A program made the position numbers and the translations under genes. The notes below the pieces were generated by a model. That model saw nothing but the letters and a program-made list of their open reading frames with translations. It had not been told where the DNA came from and did no database searches. From Candidatus Parcubacteria bacterium (GTDB lineage: Bacteria; Patescibacteriota; Patescibacteriia; UBA1558; GWA2-36-10), in contig JABHSK010000008.1 in assembly GCA_018669975.1 (NCBI GenBank), positions 2,622-66,621 of the forward strand: 64,000 bases of DNA, read 5' to 3'. Below, one piece after another: positions 57,460 through 64,000 of the stretch. How positions within the stretch are numbered: position 1 is the stretch's first letter; each line of letters begins with the position of its first letter.

Positions 57460-59277
57460 TTAGGCTTTAGTACTTCTCTTTCTATCGTTTTCAGTTAAAC
57501 CTTGTTTACGTAGGCGGATACTATCTGGAGTTATTTCTAAATATTCATCTTCAGAGATTATTTCTAAACCAGTTTCAATAGTCAGTATAGCTGGTGGAGT
57601 CAAAGTAATAGCATCATCAGCACCTGAACTACGCATATTAGTCAGTTGCTTACCTTTGATTGGATTGACTGCCATATCAAAGCCTTTGGCGGTATTACCA
57701 ATGACCATGCCTTCGTAGACATCTACGCCAGGTCCAATATATAGATCACCACGTTCTTGCAGATTGAATAATGAAAAACCTAGAGCTTTACCAGTAGCCA
57801 TTGAAATCATAGAACCAACATTACGTTTTTTGATCTCACCAGTATAAGGACGATATTCAAGGAAGTGTGAGCAAAGGATTCCTTCACCACGAGTATCAAC
57901 AGTAAATTCACCACGATAGCCAAGCAGGCCTCTGGTTGGTATTTCAAACACCAAACGCATTTGGCCATTTTCAGTGTTCATAGAAGTGACAATACCTTTT
58001 CGTTTGCCAAGTTTTTCCATCACTACACCAGAACTGACTTCCGGCACATCGATAGTCACTTCTTCAAAAGGTTCAAATTTTTTGCCATCTCTTTCTTCGA
58101 TAATTACTTTTGGTTGAGATACTTGCAATTCATAACCTTCACGACGCATTTGTTCAATCAAGATAGCAGCGTGTAATTCACCACGACTATATACTTTGAA
58201 GTATTCACCAGAAAAATCAATTTTCATTCCAACATTAACTTCTAGTTCTTTTTCCAAACGTTCTTTGATTTGTTTGCTGGTCACATATTTACCTTCACGA
58301 CCAGCTAGAGGAGAGTTGTTTACCAAAAAATCTAGAGAGATAGTTGGTTCATCTACAGTGATAGCAGGTAGAGCTTCTTGCTCGGTGTTTAGACATAGAG
58401 TTTCACCAATATCAATACCAGGAAAACCAGCGATCATCACAATATCACCAGCCACAGCTTCTTCGGTTTCTTTTCTTTCCAAACCATGAAAGGTAAACAG
58501 CTTGCTGACACGACCAGTTTCATTTGTGCCATCCATTTTCTTTAGAGTCAAATTAGAACCAGTTTTTAGACTACCTTCATAGATACGGCCAATAGCCATA
58601 CGTCCCAAGAAATTGTCATAGGCTAGATTGAAAACCTGACAACGTAGATCAGTTTTTAAGTCTGATTTAGCAGCTGGTACTTTTTCCAAGACCACATCCA
58701 ACAGAGGCATGATATCTTTATCTTCATCAGTTAGATAGCGTTTGGCAGTACCATTTTTGGCAATAGCATAGACAGTAGTAAAATCTAATTGTTCATCAGT
58801 AGCACCCAGGTCCATAAACAATTCAAAAACTTGTTCATGAGCTAGATTAGGATTAGCAGCTGGTTTATCGATTTTGTTTAGTATAACAATTGGCTTCAAA
58901 CCCAATTCCAAAGATTTCTTTAAAACAAATCTAGTTTGAGGCATTGGACCTTCTTGAGCATCAACTACCAAGAGCACAGAGTCGATTGAACGGAGTACTC
59001 GTTCTACTTCTGAACCAAAATCAGCATGACCAGGAGTATCAACAATATTGATCTTTGTGTCTTTATAGAAGACAGAGGCGTTTTTTGAGTATATCGTAAT
59101 TCCACGCTCTTTTTCGAGTGTGTTTGAGTCCATACTGACACTTTCGTCTGATAGGGCACCTGTTTGCTTGAGGATAGCATCCGTCAAAGCAGTCTTGCCG
59201 TGATCAACGTGTGCGATAATTGCAATATTTCTTATTTCCATAGCCGCAAGGATAACAGGAATAGGGTTAAATGTCAA
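57460..59277 (-). CDS. typA: Translational GTPase TypA/BipA
   Basis: IRNIAIIAHVDHGKTALTDAIL (G1), DTPGHADF (G3), NKIDK (G4), then EF-G-like domains and the BipA C-terminal domain. Confidence 0.9.
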   Translation of the reverse strand: MTFNPIPVILAAMEIRNIAIIAHVDHGKTALTDAILKQTGALSDESVSMDSNTLEKERGITIYSKNASVFYKDTKINIVDTPGHADFGSEVERVLRSIDSVLLVVDAQEGPMPQTRFVLKKSLELGLKPIVILNKIDKPAANPNLAHEQVFELFMDLGATDEQLDFTTVYAIAKNGTAKRYLTDEDKDIMPLLDVVLEKVPAAKSDLKTDLRCQVFNLAYDNFLGRMAIGRIYEGSLKTGSNLTLKKMDGTNETGRVSKLFTFHGLERKETEEAVAGDIVMIAGFPGIDIGETLCLNTEQEALPAITVDEPTISLDFLVNNSPLAGREGKYVTSKQIKERLEKELEVNVGMKIDFSGEYFKVYSRGELHAAILIEQMRREGYELQVSQPKVIIEERDGKKFEPFEEVTIDVPEVSSGVVMEKLGKRKGIVTSMNTENGQMRLVFEIPTRGLLGYRGEFTVDTRGEGILCSHFLEYRPYTGEIKKRNVGSMISMATGKALGFSLFNLQERGDLYIGPGVDVYEGMVIGNTAKGFDMAVNPIKGKQLTNMRSSGADDAITLTPPAILTIETGLEIISEDEYLEITPDSIRLRKQGLTENDRKRSTKA

Positions 59278-59354
59278 GTATTTTGGGTAAATAAGGCACT
59301 AAAAGTGGTATAAAGAAATTGGCTAAAACAACAGCTTTTTGATATGATTTAGAT

Positions 59355-59972
59355 ATGAAAAATATACTTTTAGCCTCAAACTCAGATGCTATCTTTGACC
59401 TAGACTATACTATAGTCGGCAAAGCTAAAGACAAGGTCAAATGGGCCTATATTACTACTGCTGGAGATGATGTGCCTAGCAGGGATTATTTAGAAAGGAC
59501 CGAGGCTCGACTAAAAGAGTTGGCTTGGGACTATGAAGAAATGGATATCACTGGTAAAACAGGGGACGAGGTATATAATATGTTAAAGGGTAAAGACGCT
59601 ATTTTTATGCAAGGCGGTAATACTTTTTATTTACTAAAACAAGCCCTGGCTTGTAATTTTTCAAAAGTGCTTAAAAGATTACTATCTGAAGGCAAGTTTT
59701 ATGCTGGCACTAGTGCTGGTAGTTATCTACTTTGTCCAAATATAGATATGATGGATTGGACGGAAGATACAAAGTTTAATAGACATGGAGTAAGTGATTT
59801 AACTGCTTTAGGTATTGTGCCTTTGCAAGTAGTTTGCCACATGAATAGAAAAGAAGATATTTATGATAAAATAAAAAAACAAGCAGACAAATCTCCTTAT
59901 GACGTAGAACTTTTAAATGATGGTCAGGCAATCTTGGTAGAAGATGATAAGGTGACTTTGTTGGAAACATAA
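59355..59972 (+). CDS. Peptidase S51 (dipeptidase E-like, class I glutamine amidotransferase-like fold)
   Basis: IFMQGGNTFYLLK ... YAGTSAGSYLLCPNI (the Ser nucleophile in an S-A-G context) ... H further downstream. Size 205 aa. Confidence 0.6.
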   Translation: MKNILLASNSDAIFDLDYTIVGKAKDKVKWAYITTAGDDVPSRDYLERTEARLKELAWDYEEMDITGKTGDEVYNMLKGKDAIFMQGGNTFYLLKQALACNFSKVLKRLLSEGKFYAGTSAGSYLLCPNIDMMDWTEDTKFNRHGVSDLTALGIVPLQVVCHMNRKEDIYDKIKKQADKSPYDVELLNDGQAILVEDDKVTLLET

Positions 59973-60017
59973 AAAATAAATAAAGCATTTGCAGCATATA
60001 AAATTTAAATTAAAAAT

Positions 60018-60917
60018 ATGAAAAAAATCGTTACACTTGGAGCCAAACTAAACGACGACTACAAACAAAGATTGGAAGCAGTAGGAGAACTGGAAGTATT
60101 AGAATCCCCAACATCTGTTGAAGATTTTCTACAAAAAGCAGAGGGCGCTGATGTACTCTATAGCAACGGAGCATTTTTGCTAGACAGTCTTCCCAAACTA
60201 AAAAATGTTTTTATTACCTATCCCTATGTTGAGTTAGGTGTTTTTGATAGCGATGAGCTAACCAAGAATGGAGTGACTATTGCCAACTCTCAAGGTGGAA
60301 ACAGGGATTCAATTGCTGAGTGGGTAATGTTTATGGTCTTGTCTTTGTTTAGAAACTTTGCTCCCATGGTCAGAGCCACTGAAAATTTTCCAGTTGAACT
60401 CCAGCAAAGTCTAGTTGCCAAAAAAGTCCTTATCGTCGGTCACGGTAGTATTGGTAGTCAGATTGGAGTATTGTGTCAGGCATTTGGTATGGACGTAAAC
60501 TTTTTTGACAGAGGAGATGATCTAGCAGTTAGCTCCAAAGAAGTTGACTTAGTTATCAATTCTCTAAATTGTAATTCCAGTAGTAAAAATCTTTTGGATG
60601 AAACATTTTTTATGAATCTGAAACCAGGAGCCTACTATCTGACTTTTTCTAGACCATATACCTATGATATTGATGGTTTGATTAAGTCTATTGAAGCAGG
60701 AGTAGTTGGCGGTGCAGCCATTGACTGTGATCCAGAAAAGTTTGGTGATACCACCAATGATTTTTATCAAAAAGCTTTGAGTAATGACAAGATACTGGTG
60801 ACGCCTCACATTGCTTTTTCAACCACTCAGGCTGTGGCTCAGGGAGGCGAGATTGCCATCGGGAATATAGAAGCATTTTTGGCAGGTAAACCAAGGAATA
60901 TATTAAAGAAAAAATAA
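60018..60917 (+). CDS. D-isomer-specific 2-hydroxyacid dehydrogenase family protein
   Basis: NAD-binding Rossmann VLIVGHGSIGSQIGVLCQAFGMDV, the catalytic region ...LKPGAYYLTFSR...D...TPHIAFST (His/Glu/Arg triad context). Confidence 0.75.
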   Translation: MKKIVTLGAKLNDDYKQRLEAVGELEVLESPTSVEDFLQKAEGADVLYSNGAFLLDSLPKLKNVFITYPYVELGVFDSDELTKNGVTIANSQGGNRDSIAEWVMFMVLSLFRNFAPMVRATENFPVELQQSLVAKKVLIVGHGSIGSQIGVLCQAFGMDVNFFDRGDDLAVSSKEVDLVINSLNCNSSSKNLLDETFFMNLKPGAYYLTFSRPYTYDIDGLIKSIEAGVVGGAAIDCDPEKFGDTTNDFYQKALSNDKILVTPHIAFSTTQAVAQGGEIAIGNIEAFLAGKPRNILKKK

Positions 60918-60921
60918 AATT

Positions 60922-61401
60922 ATGATTACTTGTAAATTCGAAGATGAGGGTAAAGGCAATTTACGTCACGTAACTGTTGATGCATTACTCGTTGAAGACG
61001 ATAAAATTTTAATAGTTAAAAGATCAGCTGAAGAATTACTTGGTAGTGGTAAATATTGTTTGCCGGGTGGATTTTTAGATCGTGATGAAACAACTAGGCA
61101 AGCTGTAATAAGAGAAATAAGGGAAGAGACGGGTTATAAGGCAAAGGTAAAAGAATGTTTTTTTGTAAATGATGATCCAAAGAGAGAAGGGGAAGACAGA
61201 CAAAATGTTAGTTTTATATATATAATGGAGCCTATAAAAAAAGTTGGTGAATCAGACTCGGAAGTTGATAGTATACATTGGTTTAAACTAGACGAAATAA
61301 AAGACAAGGATAGCTTTGCTTTTGATCATTATAAAACTATTATGCTTTACAAGGCTTACTTAAAAGAGAAATTTGATTTACCTGTTATTGGTAATAAATA
61401 A
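60922..61401 (+). CDS. NUDIX hydrolase
   Basis: Nudix box GGFLDRDETTRQAVIREIREETGY (GG-x5-E-x7-REUxEExGU). Confidence 0.8.
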   Translation: MITCKFEDEGKGNLRHVTVDALLVEDDKILIVKRSAEELLGSGKYCLPGGFLDRDETTRQAVIREIREETGYKAKVKECFFVNDDPKREGEDRQNVSFIYIMEPIKKVGESDSEVDSIHWFKLDEIKDKDSFAFDHYKTIMLYKAYLKEKFDLPVIGNK

Positions 61402-61405
61402 ATCT

Positions 61406-61798
61406 ATGAAAAAAATTATTATTGTAGTTGGCCTAATCTTTGTGCTAGGAGCTGGCACAGCCATGGCTGGCACTGGTGAGAAAAATCCATTTGCAGCTAT
61501 ATGGAAAGCTATCTCTAGCTTACAAGATAAAGACAATGAACTAGAAAGAAAAAATAGTGAACTGGAAAAGAAAATTTATTGTTTGGAATTAATTAAAAAA
61601 ACACCTAGCTGGGGACACTCCTCTTATATAAATACCGATATAGTTAATTTTTATGAAGATGCAAAAGAGCGATGGACAGCATGCCAGGCAGACCCAGGCA
61701 CATGTGATTATCCAGGAATGCCTGCAAAATGGGAAACAGCATTTAATGAGTCGCAACCGCTTTACACAAAATATATGGAAGAGTGCGGTGAATTATAA
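61406..61798 (+). CDS. Hypothetical secreted protein
   Basis: Signal peptide MKKIIIVVGLIFVLGAGTAMA, a coiled-coil-like segment and conserved Cys pairs at the C-terminus. The ATG at 61406 is preferred over the overlapping upstream start. Confidence 0.4.
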   Translation: MKKIIIVVGLIFVLGAGTAMAGTGEKNPFAAIWKAISSLQDKDNELERKNSELEKKIYCLELIKKTPSWGHSSYINTDIVNFYEDAKERWTACQADPGTCDYPGMPAKWETAFNESQPLYTKYMEECGEL

Positions 61799-61816
61799 AA
61801 ATTTAAATTAAGATTA

Positions 61817-62308
61817 ATGAAAATTTTAAAAACAATAGGTATTATACTCGGAGTAATTGCTTTGTTTGTTATTTGTTTTAGAACATGGGTTCTATATACT
61901 GTCTATGATAGAAATTATGACTACGTAGCTGAATATAAAATAGAAAATAGTAACTATAGATATGTTGATGCATCTGATAGTAGTCGTGGTTCTATGTGTG
62001 GCGATATAATTATTTTCTTACCAGATAATAAAAATAAATACATTGATTCATTTAGACTGTGTGAGGATAATGTAAGTGTTGCCAAACAAGAGGGGGATGA
62101 TTTACTTTTTGAAACTAGTTTGGGATTTTATAAAAAAAATATTAAAACTGGCAGATCGTCTTTAGAAAAAAAAGAGTTTGAGACAGAGATAGTAAAAATA
62201 GGAGATACAGAGTTTGTAGCTGGTGGGTCAGTGGGCGCAATTGAAAAAAATAGTTCAATTTTTTTTAGAAAAGTTGTTCCAGAAATAACAAAGCCTTTAG
62301 AGGAATAA
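61817..62308 (+). CDS. Hypothetical membrane-anchored protein
   Basis: N-terminal TM helix (ILKTIGIILGVIALFVICF) plus a soluble domain. No motif. Confidence 0.4.
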   Translation: MKILKTIGIILGVIALFVICFRTWVLYTVYDRNYDYVAEYKIENSNYRYVDASDSSRGSMCGDIIIFLPDNKNKYIDSFRLCEDNVSVAKQEGDDLLFETSLGFYKKNIKTGRSSLEKKEFETEIVKIGDTEFVAGGSVGAIEKNSSIFFRKVVPEITKPLEE

Positions 62309-62390
62309 ATTTTAATTAGTTGACAGTTTTAGCTATATTATATAATATTATTTGAAACTTCGTGAATTCCCCCAATCAAAGGAGAAAGTG

Positions 62391-62630
62391 ATGTTACGAA
62401 GATTGTTCCGAAAAGTATTCAGAAGAAAACACAGTTTGACCCTTTTGGTCAATCAACCGATGCAAGATGCCATCGAAGAGATTGGCCGCAATCAAGGGTT
62501 GACCACTCCCCAGGTTCTCCGTCGATCAATTGCAGTACTCAAGTTCTGCAGGGACGAAGTCAGATCTGGCAAAAGGATTATTATCCGTGATGCCGAAGGC
62601 GAGCCAGTCAAGGAGATAGTGGGTCTCTGA
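62391..62630 (+). CDS. Small basic protein, possible DNA-binding (ribbon-helix-helix-like) regulator, G+C-rich
   Basis: RBS aaaggagaaagtg-ATG. 79 aa: MLRRLFRKVFRRKHSLTLLVNQPMQDAIEEIGRNQGLTTPQVLRRSIAVLKF... The beta-strand then two helices pattern is compatible with RHH. Composition is distinct from the neighbours. Confidence 0.35.
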   Translation: MLRRLFRKVFRRKHSLTLLVNQPMQDAIEEIGRNQGLTTPQVLRRSIAVLKFCRDEVRSGKRIIIRDAEGEPVKEIVGL

Positions 62631-62668
62631 AAAAAAACAACCCCGTACATTGAGTGCGGGGTTTTTAA
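62631..62668. terminator. Bidirectional rho-independent terminator between convergent small genes
   Basis: aaaaaaaacaa-ccccgtacattgagtgcgggg-ttttt. Confidence 0.65.
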
Positions 62669-62697
62669 ATTATTTTGCTATGGGATATTATATTGTC

Positions 62698-62931
62698 CTA
62701 CTGTGAGGACTTCGGAGTATACTCGATGGTGAGCATAAAGACGATTTCGGGCTCGAGCTTTTCACGATCACGGACAGTGAGAGCGGTTTGAGTTTTCATC
62801 TCAGTGTCGGGTTCGACATTTTCTTCGATCCATTGGGATACACCATAGTCGAATTCAATTCTTGGATTGGCATGAATTGCATTGGTTTTACCCTGATCAC
62901 AGCGTCCGATAAACGTCTTGATTTTTCGCAT
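62698..62931 (-). CDS. Hypothetical 77-aa protein, G+C-rich
   Basis: Open frame with the same elevated G+C as the convergent partner. No motif. Confidence 0.35.
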   Translation of the reverse strand: MRKIKTFIGRCDQGKTNAIHANPRIEFDYGVSQWIEENVEPDTEMKTQTALTVRDREKLEPEIVFMLTIEYTPKSSQ

Positions 62932-63038
62932 TTTAAATCCTCCTAGGGATGAGTTAAATGAACTACAACCACCTTATATAAAATAGTGATATATGTCAAT
63001 AAAAACAAAAGACTGCCTAGTCGGCAGTCTTTAAGTAT

Positions 63039-64000
63039 CTAGATGCTTTCTCCAGCTACAAAACCCGTACTCCAACAAGCTTGTAGATTGTAGCCTCCAG
63101 TCGGACCATCCAGATCTAGGATTTCACCAGCTAGGTAGAGATTGTTGATAATTTTTGATTGCATGGTCTTGGGGTCTACTTCTTTTAGTAGGACGCCACC
63201 GGCGGTGACTATTGCTTTATCAAAACCATATAAAGATTTGATATTTAATTCAAAGTTTTTTAGCAGGTGTAATAATCTTTTTCTTTCTTCTTTGGTGATA
63301 GCATTAGCTGGTTGGTCAGGATTTATTTTTGACAACTTTATTATCAGCGGGATTAGTTTTTTGGGTAGTAAATCACCTAGGCTGTTTCTAAATAATTTTT
63401 TATTAGATTTAGCAAAATCATTTTGTACCCGTTGATCTAGAGTTTTAAAATCTAAACTTGGTTTAAAATCAATCTCTAGTTTAACAGCGCCATCTTTTAG
63501 GGCTAGACCAATTTTTTTACTCATGTCCAATATAATCGGACCACTCATGCCGTCACCAGTAAATAGTGCTTCCCCAAAACGGGAGTCTATTTTTTTATTA
63601 TTTTGATAGATATTGATATCTACATTTTTTAAACTCAAACCCTCTAGCTCTTTGACCAACGATTCTTTGATTAGCAGGGGAGTTAGAGCAGGATTAGTGT
63701 CTACTATAGTATGACCCATGGCAGTTAGCCATTTATAGCCATCTCCACTGGAGCCAGTCATGGCATAGGATTTACCACCAGTGGCGATTAGATATTTTTT
63801 AGCCTGCAACTCACTCTTGTCAGACAATATTATTTTATCGATAACTTTATTTTTAGTGACAATAGATTTAATTTGAACTTTAGTCCTCACCTCTACCTTG
63901 CCTTTGTTTAAATAATCTTTTAGTATAGCCAAAACATCAAGGGAGTTACCGTTTTCAGGGAATACTCGATTACCCCTTTCTACATTAGTCGGTAGATTTC
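63039..64000 (-). CDS. HI0933/BaiN-family FAD-dependent flavoprotein (aminoacetone-oxidase-like), C-terminal part; 5' end beyond window
   Basis: ...FPENGNSLDVLAILKDYLNKGKVEVRTKVQIKSI...YLIATGGKSYAMTGSSGDGYKWL...GPTGGYNLQACWSTGFVAG is characteristic of HI0933-like proteins. The reading frame stays open through position 64000 (the TTG at 63930-63932 is an internal codon, not the start). Confidence 0.7.
   Translation of the reverse strand, partial: NLPTNVERGNRVFPENGNSLDVLAILKDYLNKGKVEVRTKVQIKSIVTKNKVIDKIILSDKSELQAKKYLIATGGKSYAMTGSSGDGYKWLTAMGHTIVDTNPALTPLLIKESLVKELEGLSLKNVDINIYQNNKKIDSRFGEALFTGDGMSGPIILDMSKKIGLALKDGAVKLEIDFKPSLDFKTLDQRVQNDFAKSNKKLFRNSLGDLLPKKLIPLIIKLSKINPDQPANAITKEERKRLLHLLKNFELNIKSLYGFDKAIVTAGGVLLKEVDPKTMQSKIINNLYLAGEILDLDGPTGGYNLQACWSTGFVAGESI

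Noticed and set aside
63930-63932. TTG 'start' of the last minus-strand ORF at 63932
   Set aside because: The frame remains open through position 64000 and the upstream residues (…NLPTNVERGNRVFPENGNSLDVL…) continue the HI0933-family sequence. The gene therefore extends beyond the window and TTG is an internal Leu codon.

Overview
This 64 kb window looks like a low-G+C bacterial chromosome segment, roughly one-third G+C by eye. Genes are densely packed, mostly short, and include many small membrane proteins. Lys-rich extensions sit on RpoD, RNase J and PpsA, and there are large dockerin-like secreted proteins. Together these suggest a Candidate Phyla Radiation (CPR, Patescibacteria-like) or similarly reduced organism; that is an inference, not a demonstrated result.

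Recognisable housekeeping genes are glyA (partial), trpS, rnj, secG, uvrA, murI, a phosphohexomutase, groES-groEL behind a perfect CIRCE operator, ppsA, cca, tRNA-Ser(GGA), ogt, dnaG-rpoD, typA/bipA, a TrmH/SpoU methyltransferase, a NUDIX hydrolase and a 2-hydroxyacid dehydrogenase.

Accessory features worth a second look:
- A divergent, start-overlapping Elp3 (radical-SAM/GNAT tRNA-modification enzyme) and Trm9-like methyltransferase pair.
- A cell-envelope modification cluster: nucleotidyltransferase-like protein, O-antigen-ligase-like protein, an MBOAT O-acyltransferase frameshifted in a C4 run, and an AlgJ/DltD-like SGNH partner.
- Two tandem paralogous giant secreted proteins carrying dockerin-like modules, TSP3-like Ca-binding motifs and a shared, uncharacterised C-terminal repeat module.
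- A three-gene block: CotH kinase fused to a beta-helix, a VTC domain protein and a DUF4956 membrane protein.
- A roughly 5.5 kb stretch (about 51.2-56.7 kb) with visibly higher G+C. It encodes a standalone ATPase homologous to MutS domain V (the MutS ABC-type ATPase domain) with an unrecognised roughly 450-aa N-terminal region, a strongly promoted multi-pass membrane protein, a lipoprotein, a GPGSG-repeat secreted protein and a 356-aa orphan protein. No integrase or other mobility gene is visible in it.
- A second small G+C-anomalous pair of convergent small genes at 62.35-62.93 kb.

No CRISPR array, rRNA or obvious transposase was found. All G+C statements are by-eye estimates and need computing.
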